From NCBI RefSeq assembly GCF_044704955.1, contig NC_091982.1:26908001-26972000 (forward strand): DNA of 64,000 bases, given 5' to 3'. Below the pieces are notes generated by a model that ran no database searches, was not told the DNA's origin, and was given only the letters and a program-made list of their open reading frames with translations. The stretch comes from Pristiophorus japonicus (Eukaryota). Shown piece by piece: positions 1 through 11,674 of the stretch. A program made the position numbers and the translations under genes. Numbering within the stretch: the stretch's first letter is position 1; each line of letters opens with the position of its first letter.

Positions 1-2321
1 ACCCACATCATTTAGGCATTACAATCATTGCAAATGAAATATTGTTCAAAATGTAGCGTGTTATTGGCCCATGAAGAGAAAGAATTAGAAGTTTGGTGAC
101 TTTATGTTCCAAGAACAGAAGAACATCTTGCATTGAGCTTATTAAAACATATCAATATCTTACAGTTAAACAATCCTGATTGTCAACTCAATTACATAAG
201 GATGGGTAGCAAACAGTCTCTAATCAGTACGAATTGAATTTTCGTTCAAGCACGATATTTAAGCTTGTTGTTTTATAGTAACTCTTGGAAAGGGGAGGGT
301 GAAAAAGAGAGGCAGTCCAAGGTCTTCAATGCACTAAAACAGGTTTTTATTGGTGTCCAACAAGACTCAACAGCTTACATTTCATCAAATAAATCTATGG
401 AAGAAATCTCATCAATACCCTTTCAAAAATCCAAAAGTTGCAAAGAATTATTCAGCTTCATCATCCCTTCACTCCTCACTGACTTTCTTTCAATGTGCTT
501 TAAAAATTGGAAATACTGAAAAAAAAATTAGAAGAAATTGGCTTGAAGGAATAATCAAAACTAATGTGATGAACTGATATATAAATGTTAAATGACAGTG
601 GCTGAAGAGCTCACTGTATTAATGGTGCCACCTCTATCAGTTCAACTTCTTCATATGAATAACTCCATTTGTGTTGCCATTAAAAGAAAATCACCCCACC
701 TCCCCCCCAACAAAAAAAACTGAGGCAGAAATAAACAGAAGTTTAAAAAGAAAGTGTCAGTATCAGTATTCACCCCGTAAAAAAAAAATCAGTTACAAAA
801 TACAACTCCAAAACTTCTGTTTGAAATATTTTTAAATAGTTCTAGCTTAGAAGATGTACTAATTGAGAGTCCAGGGAATCTGAATAATTAAATCCAGAGC
901 TTTTCTGCTTTATGTTTACAACTGAAAAGATTATAAATGCCTATAGCAGTGGCCTTACTGCAAACTCAAGATCTTATACATTTGCATTGTGTCTTTAAGT
1001 ATACAAACATGTCTGAAAACTTGCACTGTTGCATGCACAAAGAAACTGTAACATCTTGTAAGTGATCCAGATTTGTTTTTGTATGTGGTATGGTAGACAA
1101 CAAATTATGGGGTCCTTTACCAGCTCTGCCTATTATATCAGAGCTATTCGCGCATTAGATTACCTACTTTAGTGGGTTTCATTAGATAGTCTAAATAAAC
1201 CACTTTGGATTCACCAGTGTTAGAATGATGCCTGTATACAAAATTAGCATTGTAACACCAAAATGATAGTAGAACAGCCTTGTAAATCCTTACTTCTCTT
1301 GTCTCTCTCTCCCCTCTCACATATCAATGTTCTTTGAGAAGGTTTTTTTTTAAAAACACAATTGGGTATACATTAAAACCTGAAATTTCTATAGCTGTTC
1401 AAAACTGCGCACTCCAGGTAAAGAGAAAATGTTACCCATCAACAATAACCTTTTGAAAAAAAAATCAAAAGGGATTCTAAAGTTAATTTATTTTTCACTG
1501 CTTGATTTTAAAAGGATTCCTAAAGATGAGAATTCATCTTTGATGCAAGAGCAAACCACAATGTTCACAAGAGTACAGCCTACTCCAAAGATGGGAGTGT
1601 TCCCTGTCTCATGTGTACATGACCCAATAACACATCACAATATAGTTTCAGGAGGGTTATAGCAAATACTTGTGAAAAACAGAACTATGAACTTCTCATA
1701 ATTTTTTTAACTTTTGTTTTTTGCATTCTTAAAGTAGAAACATTGGTACCAGGACCAATTCTGTCTTGAAAAAGAAAAGTATTTCACTAACTTAGTTAAC
1801 TTCAATATATTTACAAGTGAGTTCATACTTCCAAAATTATAGGATGATATCATCTCAGAATGGCCATATTTTGCAAGGTGTTTCATTTTAATTTAGAATA
1901 AAATTCTTTTGTCTTATTTGTACGTTACTTTTATTGTGTCTTCCTGTATCATTATTCTATCTCTGTCACTGCATCTTTCTATGTGATTTCCCCATATTTC
2001 CTGTTTACCTCTGTTCTTCATTTTCTCTATTTTGATGAAGCCTCTCTGAGAAGTTGAGCAAAAGTGGACAATGATACTTCTAACTTGTCAGGGAAGCACT
2101 TCCACTTCCATCCAGTACATCTTTACTTTAAACAATCAGCAAGTCTGTTCTGGAACAGGAGGTAGGATAGGAATATTTACTAGTTCCTAGAAAAGGGTAG
2201 TAGAAATTATTTCATGCCAAGATGAGAATAATAATAAAACAGAAATTGCAATATAAACTTGTTTGCTGTCTTGGTATGTTCAAAATTTTGGCTGTCTTTC
2301 TTGAAACCGAATTAAAATCTT

Positions 2322-3376
2322 TCAACATTTGTGCAACTGTTTTACATTAGTGCCATTTCCATTAAAACATTGCATTTGTTTTGCATGAGCTATTGGATTC
2401 GAACTACCAACACTCTTCAGTAACCTGCTTTGCTTATGAGCTATCTCTGGAACAGCAAAGGACTCCAATTTCTTTGTACCATTTTCCAAGTAGGAATTGT
2501 TACACCCACAGCAGATACAGTCTAGACAAGCCCTACGATTTGCATAACAAGGGCACCTTTGCCCCCGGCATGTGAGAACACTGGGAGCGCATGCTGCACG
2601 GCCACATTTACACCCAGGTTTCCCTCTTGGCTTTCTGCACACAGATTTCAGTGAACTGGCACATTCTTGAATGCCTAACCTCTTTACAGTTCTGTATTTA
2701 GCATTGTAACTTTTCACCATATTCTTCAACTTCTCAGTGACACTGTGTCTATTAACAGTAGGTTTCTTTAAGTTAAGTGAACTTTTGTCGGATGGCAGTA
2801 TGTATGATGTAGGAATCTGCTTAGTGGACACTTGAATTGTACTTTGATCCTCAGTATCTTCCACATTACAGCCATCATGATTTGTCTGTGACATGCTTTG
2901 TTTGCAAATCTTTCTTGTAACGATACTAATAGCTTTCTTCCTGTCTTTTATATTGGCATCAACAATGTCAGTTGGTTGATTTGAGACAATAGATTTTTGC
3001 ACCACCTGTACTTGTACCACCTGGAGTGGAGTCAATTTACTTATTATTTTCATAGCTTTTTTTGTGCAACACAATATATTGGACTCCATGCCATCCTGCG
3101 CCAACATCATGCCCTCTTCTAACAAAATATTCAGGTTAACTGGTAAGGTGCTGTTTTCTGACATATTTTCCATTATAGCACAGCTAGCTATATAATCACA
3201 AAGTTTTTTATAACATGTTAGAAGAATACGAAGTTGCTCATTTTCCACAAACATTCCATGGTCTTTGCACCAGCTGCAGGAAGGCTTCATTTGCATTTTC
3301 CGCCCTGTACACTTTTTACATACAAAATGTTGGCAGACTGAATTTTTTGGACCAACTGGATTTTTCAGTAGGTTAC
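2322..3376 (-). CDS. MSL2: MSL2-like E3 ubiquitin ligase, coding exon 2 (rest of RING finger, linker, CXC domain, stop)
   Basis: Acceptor TTTGATTTAG at 3377-3378, phase 1, matching exon 1. Reads (G)NLLKNPVGPKNSVCQHFVCKKCTGRKMQMKPSCSWCKD (MSL2-type RING) and CKCGRAACAPSVLTCRGQRCPCYANRRACLDCICCGCNNSY (MSL2 CXC), then KKLESFAVPE. Open for 1055 nt to TGA. The symbol denotes the family; probably a paralog, not the ortholog. Confidence 0.93.
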
Positions 3377-3855
3377 CTAAATCAAAGAAACAAGTCTTCA
3401 AATATGGATACAAATATATTTTAAAGCAATTTTAACATGACTGACAAAACAAAAGCTATGTGTTACACAAAATTGGTTACTCTGAGGCAGTCATTAATAA
3501 GGCAAGTCAGAAATTTAACTGACTGTAGTACAATTCAGAACATTATATACAGATCAACAGTGAGGCAAAAATAGCATGCAGTTTTAGTTAACCCATCACA
3601 AAATAAGGGATTACGAGGAATAAACTTGAGGATCATCTATACAACAATAATCAAGTACACATTCAGAAAAGGAAGATCTCGACTGACCAGACTCCTCGAT
3701 TGTTACCCAAGTGAACTGCATTAAGCCGTACCGTGTGGTAAACTGCAACTTCCCAAAGACTTTTGATGAAGTTCCACATGAATGTCCATTAAACTCAAAG
3801 CTTTAGGGATTTAGCAAAAACCCTGTGAATGGATAAGAAACTGGCTGAAAGATAG

Positions 3856-4123
3856 TGTAAAGTCCTGTCCCTACAGTACAGACTCACACGAGGCACATGC
3901 TGAAGTCAAGGTCACTCAGGAACTGCACCTTTATTTCACAGCTCTCGAATGCCACACTTGCCTGAGACCTGCCTTTATATACCTGTGTGGAACAGGTATG
4001 CAGTGTCTCCTGCAAGTGCATCCCTGGTGGTAAGGTATGTTTGTGGTTACAGGTCATATCTAGTTACAGTCATGTATAGCATGGTAAGATACAGTTATGT
4101 ACAGTAGTGTGAGATACATGACA
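3856..4123 (-). mobile_element. Solo LTR
   Basis: TG...CA termini, perfect 5-bp TSD GATAG (3851-3855 and 4124-4128), TATA-like box and AATAAA on the minus strand; interrupts a CR1 remnant. Confidence 0.8.
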
Positions 4124-4400
4124 GATAGGAAATTAATATTGGCTGGAGAAGTTATATCACGGCAGGTAGGTGGGCTGATAGGGGAGAAATACTGAGAGAG
4201 GTAACTCAAAACTCAGTGCTGTTTCTGTTAACAACCTGGATTCAGTAACTCATTGCAAAGTAGGCAAACTAGCAGATGATACCAGCTAGAGGGACAGTGA
4301 AATTAGATGCAACAGTTAAAAAATTACAAAATGAGTTGGAAGAAATATGTTAAGTGGGCATAATACTGATCGATGAAATTTAATGCAACCAAGTGTGAGG

Positions 4401-4835
4401 TGCTCCGTTGGGTTGGCCACATCGTCTGCATGACCGACACAAGATTCCCCAAGCACACGCTCTACTCGGAGCTCCGACACGGCAAACGAGTCCCAGGCGG
4501 ACAGAGGAAACGTTTCAAGGACACCCTCAAAGCCTCCTTGATAAAGTGCAACATCCCCACGGACACCTGGGAATCCCTGGCCCAAGACCGCCCAAAGTAG
4601 AGGAAGAGCATCCGGGAGGGTGCTGAGCACCTAGAGTCTTGTCGCCAAGAGCATACAGAAATCAAGTGCAAGACAGTGGAAGGAGCGTGTGACAAACTAG
4701 GCTCCCCACTCACTATTTGTCCCACCTGTGACAGAGACTGTAATTCCCGCATTGGACTGTACAGTCACCTGAGAACTCACTTTTAGAGTGGAAGCAAGTC
4801 TTCCTCGATTTTGAGGGACTGCCTATGATGATGCT
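4401..4835 (+). mobile_element. RTE-clade LINE 3' fragment
   Basis: LRWVGHIVCMTDTRFPKHTLYSELRHGKRVPGGQRKRFKDTLKASL; (GAT)n tail; similar to 13630-14080. Confidence 0.85.
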
Positions 4836-7495
4836 ACATATAGGAAGGAAAAATAGATGACATGCATACGGCATGAATGGTATTGAAACAGCCATGGACA
4901 ACGTGGAAAGAGACCCAGCAGTCTTAGTAGTTTCATCGCTAAACATGTCCAACAAATGCAATTAACAAAGCTTATAGAATGCTGAACTATAGTAGCATAT
5001 AACTCAAGAGGTAAAGATCAAACTGCATTGTGCTCTGGTCAGACCACATCTTAAATGCTGCTTCCAGGTCTGGTTGAAATGCAAGAGGCAGTGCAGAGAA
5101 AGGTCAACAAGACGATGCCCAGCACCAATGTCTGAGTTACAAGGAAAGACTAGATAGACGTTGGCTATCGATACAGGTAGAAAAGTTATCCAGCAATATT
5201 ACTTTAATTTAAACTGGAGATGTAGAACTAGGGGACACAGGTTCAGAATAGTAAAGGGTAATTTTAGAATCAATATCAGGAAATTTCTCTTTGCACAGGG
5301 AACAATTGAAGTGTGGAATAAACTTCCAGATAAGAGTCGTGGAGGCAAAAACCTTGCAATCATTTAAAAAACAATTGGATGCTGAAATGAGAGGAACATT
5401 TGGAACTTTCTGGATGGCTGAATTAAAAGGAGTCAAATGGCCTTCCTCATCTACAATTATCTTGTGAAGCAGGTTATGGATGCATTAGAAAGAATTCAGA
5501 GAAGGACTAGGGTGACTCCCGCCCTCAGGGTAGTAAGTTATGAAAATTTCAAATAAATAAACTTACTTTTGCAGGAGCGAGGGGGGGGGGGGGGTGGGGA
5601 AGACAGATACAGATCTTCAAAATATCAAGTATATGAAGTTGAAGTAAATAAGCTATTTAACTTTTGACACAGCATAGGGCAATGTAAAATTGAGCAAGAG
5701 TACAAACACTTATTACCCCACAGGACAGTAGATCTGTGAACAAACTCACATAGAAAGTAATTTATTTGGGGTCAATTGTTACTTTATTTTACTTTTTTTT
5801 AAAAAAAGGAACTGCATCAGTACAGTATCTGGATTATGTTGTGTGTTTACTTTTTCTTGGGTTTCAGACCACTCAAGTTGGAGCTTTCTTTCCCCATGTC
5901 TTCACTTGCCTAATATCTAGGCAGTGCGTAATGGACCCAAGGACTGAACAGAAAATTCTCAGTGCATTTTGGCCTCTGGTTATATGACGTCCCCTCACAC
6001 GATCTGCAAATTCAACTTTTGAATGAGATGAGGCCCCATTCTGTCTACTTACATGAATGTAAAGATCCCTTAGCATGATTTAAAGAGCAAGGATGTTTTC
6101 CCAGTATCCTGGCCAACATTTCTCAATATACACCAGCAAAACAAATGAACTGGCAATTTATTATCACTGTGCAAGAGGCCTTCTGCACAAATTAGTCGGT
6201 GCATCCATATAAGTGACTACAGTTCAAAAGAAATTCACTGCCTATAAAGCATGTTGGGACATCCTGAGGACGTGCTTATATAAATGCTTATCTTTATTAT
6301 GGAAGGTGGTAGAATAAACACTTCACTGGACTGTGGCTTAGGTTATAACGTGTCAGACAGATTCATTAACCAGTCAGAGGATGAGCAACTAGTGTAAATT
6401 TACAGCAGTTAGTTACACGTTTGGCAACCCTCCGTAGAGGACAGAAAAATAAGTCACGTCTGCTGCACTAAACAGTAGTGTAAACGGGACCAAACACAAG
6501 GTTCTTGAATAGTAAGCTTTCTATGGTGGTTTGTTGCCAATTGTCCAGAGACTCCCTGTGGACCACCCAATTTGTACAAGATATACTTTTTAAAAAAATG
6601 TCAAGAAACAAAATTTAAATATCTCCAACTCAAGAGCTTCCAAACGTACATAAAAATAAAATACACAAGATATTTGCATTTTAATTAAATGGCTTGATCT
6701 CACCCTTACCCATCTGTCCAAACATAGCATTTTTATTTTGGGGTTATTGTGTCAAACCACGAGTGACCTTGGTTTTTAAAATTTAAAAAAAATGTATACT
6801 TGGGATGTGGGTGACACTTGCAAGCCTACATTTATTGTTGAAAAGATGATAGCAGTCCTTCTCCTTGAACTACTGCCATCCTTGCATCAATGGTGTCCCA
6901 CAATGTTAGGTGGGGAATCCCAGAATCTTGATCCAATAATGAAGCAGCAATACATGTTCAAATCATGATGGTATGAAACTTGGGAGGTGAAGTTGTCTCC
7001 ATGATGTTGCTGCTCTCATCCTGCTTGGTGGTAGAGGTCACATGATTGGGAGGTGCTTTCAAAGTAAATCTGTCAAGTTTTCTGCAGTGCATCCTGTAGA
7101 TAATACATACTACAGTAGTACTTCATACAGTTTAGTGATGGGTTCAGTGGCAGAGGTGCCAATCAAGCAGGCTGTTTTGTCGTGGATGGTGTTGAGCTTC
7201 TGGAATGCTGTTACGACTATACCCATCAAGGCAAGTGAGTATTCCAAAACACTTGCGTCTTGTAGATGGTGGAGGAGTCCAGAGGCCAGCCTCTTCCTGT
7301 AGGTACTCAGCCTCTGTCCTCTTGTATAGCCATGGGTATTAATGTTGGTGATCCAGTATGCTTCTGGTTACTAGGAGGTTGATAGTGAGGGACTCTGCGA
7401 CGATGATGCTATTGAAGATTAGGGAAAGTGATTGGGCCTTTTCTTGGCACATATAGGACATGGACATTACCTACCACTTACGAGCCCAGGTGTGG

Positions 7496-9179
7496 GGCTG
7501 GAATTTTCTTTACCTGGGCGAGTCGGGTGCGGCCGGTCGGCATGGCGGGTCGCGACCCCGTTCTTGCTTCCATCCCGCTACAGAAATCAACTTTGCGCTA
7601 ATGGGGTCTATTAAGCCCGCCCTGCGCATTACCCGGCCCTATTCAATGGTGCGATCCGATGACATCAACGGTGTGTTTTCAGCCAGGATATTTAAAGGAG
7701 CCATGGCCACAATGCATTTGAAGGTTCATCTAGGAGTGTACAGTCACTGCACTGGAGGCCATGGTTGCTCCAAACACTTGGAAACATGACTTCACAGAGG
7801 CAGAGGGCTGCACCCAGGTTCTCCGATGACTCCCGCTATATGCTTGTGAAGGGAGTCAGAGCACACAGTGAGGTCCTCTTCCTTTCTAATGGGCTGAAGA
7901 GACTTCCCCTGGAGATAAAAAGAGCCTGGCTCCAAATTGCAAAGAGGTGAACAGCAGGCATATGTTCAGGAGAACCTGGGTGCAGTGCCGGAAACATTTC
8001 AATGATCCCATTAGATCAGGAAATGAGTAGAGCCACACTCAACTTCATCCTACTGTGCCTGTTCACACCCCCATCATTCTTGTCTTTCAAACCCTACTCC
8101 TGCACATCTTTAATCACACCTATATACCTTGCATGTCCACCCATCCCTCTCTATCTACATTATCACATCCCCATCTTACTAACCACACCTCACACTCACC
8201 CTAATGCAATCATAGCAACTAACACACAGGGAGGTCACTTGGCATTGCCACCTCACTCCATTATAGTCCCCCTCTAAAGATATAACATATCCATTCCTTA
8301 CACTCATTCCATCACTCTCACTCAACCTTTTCTTCTTTCCCTCCTTGCAGGAAGAGAGAGCTCACAATAAGAGGGAGAGGACTGGAGGTGGTCCTCCATC
8401 ATTTGCCACCCTCACAACAGCAGAGTATCAGGAGTGGCTGAGCAGCTGGAGGTGGGAGACGGAGGGGGACATTTCAGTAACCTGGTGACAGAATTACATC
8501 TCATACAGCTACATGGCATACATCAGTCACTCATATGGGAACTGATGTAGTAATCAGCCTCTGAATGGTCATCATGTGCATAATGGTATCTGTACTCATT
8601 CTTCATATGGCTTATCTAACTCATCTCTTTACTCTCCCACAGGTCCATTAGGAGTCCCCACCACTGTCCAGGAGGAAGGCGACTCCTCAGAGGAGCCTCC
8701 AGGCTCTGAGGGTGCTGCGTCATCAGACATGGATGGCAACTTTGCTGCAAACATTTGTAGCCTGTAGAAAGCTCAATTTGTGCTGGGAATACAGTCAGCA
8801 AGTTTTTGCTTGAGGAAAGTGATCAACTGTATGAGCTTCTACAGTACATTTCATGCTGTCATCTAATCAGCTGGAGCAATGGTCACTCAACTCCCGCCTC
8901 AGGCTGACAGATGTGGTTCACAAGCTGTGTGAATTCCGTGGGCAATCAGGGAAATTTGAAAGGTAGGCTGAAAAAAGCACTTAAGGGTCTGACAAGGTGA
9001 TAATGATTTGAATTAGGTCGCCCGCCTCTGCCGTTCGAGTCACTGCTGCACTGGCAAACACGCCCGAGGGAAAGGCGTGTGGGGGCAGGATGACGGCGGA
9101 TTCCTGACCCGCTCCAACTTATTTCAAATTTCCCACCAACCTGCCTCCACACCCACACGGACCCTAGAAAATTCCGGCC
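7496..9179 (+). mobile_element. PIF/Harbinger-type DNA transposon derivative carrying a decayed Myb/SANT-like ORF
   Basis: TIRs GGCTGGAATTTTCT / AGAAAATTCCGGCC, 3-bp TSD TGG; peptide RAAPRFSDD...LVKGV...AWLQIAKR*...RTWVQCRKHFND, followed by exon-like segments. Confidence 0.78.
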
Positions 9180-9575
9180 TGGATGTTGTCCAGATCCTGC
9201 TGTAGACTTCATTGTCAGAGGAGTTGTGAAAATCAGCAGAGCCCCACTCTTGACCTCATGATGAAGGAAAGATTATTGATGAAGCAGCTGCAGATAAATA
9301 GGGAAGGACAATGCCCTCAGGAGCTCTAACAGTGATATCCTGGGGTTGCAATAGATTGGCCTCCAAGAACCACAACCATATTGTGTGTCAGTTATGATTG
9401 CAGCCATCACATGGTTTCCCCTTGACCTCAGTTTTGCTATTGCTCTTTAGTGCCATACTCAGTCAAATGTCTCGATGTTGAGTGCAGTTACTTCTTCCTT
9501 GCCTCTTGCATCCGTGTCTGGAGCTAAGCAGTTCTGGCAGAATCTGAATGGCGCATGGGCGAGTAGGTGCAACCT

Positions 9576-10275
9576 GAAACATAGAAAGTAGGTACAGGAA
9601 TGGGCCATTTGGCCCTTTGAGCCTGCACCACCATTCAATATGATCATGGCTGACCATGCAACTTCATTCCTGCTTTCTCTCCATACCCCCTGACCCCTTT
9701 AGCCGTAAGGGCCACATCTAAATCCCTTTTGAATATATCTTACGAACTGGCCTCAACAACTTTCTGTGGTAGAGAATTCCACAGGTTCACAATTCTGAGT
9801 GAAGAAGTTTCTCCTCATCTCGGTCCTAAGTGTTTTACCCCTTATCCTTAGGCTGTGACCCCTGGTTCTGGACTTCCCCAACATCGAGAACATTCTTCCT
9901 GCATCTAACCTGTCCAATCCCATCAGAATTTTATATGTTTCTATGAGATTCCCTCTCATTCTTCTAAACTCCAGTGAATATAAGCCTAGTCGATCCAGTC
10001 TTTCTTCATATGTCAGTCTTGCCATTCCAGGAATCAGTCTGGTGAACCTTCGCTGCACTCCCTCAATAGCAAGAATGTCCTTCCTCAGATTAGGAGACCA
10101 AAACTACACACAATACTCAAGGTGTGGTCTCACCAAGGCCCTGTACAGCTGCAGTAAGGCCTCCCTGCTCCTATACTCAAATCCCCTCACTATGAAGGCC
10201 AACATGTCATTTGCTTTCTTTACCACCTGCTGTACCAGCATGCCTACCTTCAATGACTGATGTACCATGACACCC
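9576..10275 (-). mobile_element. CR1 LINE 3' fragment
   Basis: ORF 9753..10058 QRRFTRLIPGM...RLGLYSLEFRRMRG; near-identical to 58400-59090. Confidence 0.9.
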
Positions 10276-11084
10276 TGCTGACAATTGTGGAAAGACTGAC
10301 ACAGGGTGGTAATTGGCCAGATTTAATTTATTCTGCTTCTTACACATAGGACATACCTGGACAATTTTCTACACTGTTGAGTCAATACCAATGCCACAGC
10401 TACATTGAAATAGCTTGGCTAGTGGTGGTTAGTTCTGGTAACCAGAAAAAGATAACCATTTCAATTAAGCTCATGATTTATTCCCTTTTTTCTCTTACAC
10501 TTAATTTTCTAGCCTATACATTATTGTAGCCCTGTCTCCCATGCCAGCACCAAACAAAAATTTAATTTATATATTCAGTTTAGTACAATGAGAAGTAGGG
10601 GAGTATTCCTTTTTCCAAAATGTAACCCTGAGACCACTGTTCAACCTCAACAAGAAAATTAACACTTTGCATTATGTGAGGGGGCATCTTGGTCAGATGT
10701 TCTTCCTCGTCCCTTTTGAATACAAGGGCCTTATTCTGAACTATACTTTGACTGGAAAAGTCAGTAGAGAGATCAAAGATGTCCTGGCATATAAAGTTAG
10801 CTGGGCCAGAAATAGATAGGTTGGGGAAAATATTATGTAACACAAGTCAGAATAGCTATGGGGGCTATAATCATGACATCAATATAACCTCACTGCTACG
10901 TAGGGAAAAACATCAGCTGCTTGCTCTCACTGTCCAGTGTTCCAAGCTAGAAACTACATATGTAGACCAGAGGATTGGACTCAATTGTAATGCACCACAT
11001 GGCAAAATCACCAGCTACCACTTGCTATCCACTGGCCTCAGATTGAAAAGGCGACATCTGCAGATGGCTAGGCACATTCAAAGA

Positions 11085-11560
11085 ATAACAACTTGCATTT
11101 ATATAGCGCCTTTAACGTAGTAAAACATCGCAAGGCACTTCACAGGAGTATTATAAAAAAATTGACACCAAGCTCCATAAGGAGAGAATAGGGCAGGTGG
11201 TCAAAGGGGTAGGTTTTTAAGGAGTGTTTTAAAGGAGGAAAGCAAGGCGGAGAGGTTTAGGCAGGGAATTCCAGAGCTTAGGGCCTAGGCAATAGAAGGC
11301 ACGGCCACCAATGGTTGAGTGATTATAATCAGGGATGTTCAAGAGGGCAGAATTAGAGGAGTGCAGATATCTCGGGTAGTTGTGGGGCTGGAGGAGATTA
11401 CAGAGATAGGGAAGGGCGAGGCCATGAAGGGATTTGAAAACAAGGATGATAATCTTGAAATCGAGGCGTTGCTTAACCGGCAGCCAATGCAGGTCAGCGA
11501 GCACAGGGGTGATGGGTGAGCGGGACTTGGTGCGAGTTAGGACATGGGCAGCCGTTGGCT
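11085..11560 (-). mobile_element. L2 LINE 3' fragment
   Basis: LADLHWLPVKQRLDFKI...LHGLALPYL...GGRAF...GPKLWNSLP, a typical L2 C-terminus. Confidence 0.85.
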
Positions 11561-11674
11561 TTGTCCCTTCTTGGGACCTCTGACTTTGACCCTGGTCTCC
11601 ATACTATTGTCTCCAACCTATTCCCTACTACCATTCAAAGAATAAGATGTGAAGAGAGCCTTTAAAACTATAGA

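Larger units (their letters stand above)
3690..5465 (+). mobile_element. Degenerate CR1 LINE ORF2 3' portion, interrupted by a solo LTR and an RTE fragment
   Basis: CR1-type peptides (KFNATKCEV; RTRGHRFRIVKGNFRINIRKFLFAQ...VWNKLP). Confidence 0.7.
6797..10440 (-). mobile_element. Old non-LTR retrotransposon remnant (RTEX-like), split by a Harbinger element and a CR1
   Basis: Degenerate RT-like sequence at ~6797-7495, 9180-9575 and 10280-10440 continues across the insertions. The family assignment is from pattern recall. Confidence 0.4.

Noticed and set aside
3377-3413. Track ORF 2322..3413 read as a single-exon gene starting MYPYLK
   Set aside because: The first 12 codons are intronic pyrimidine tract; the true N-terminus is at 18712 and joins in the correct phase.
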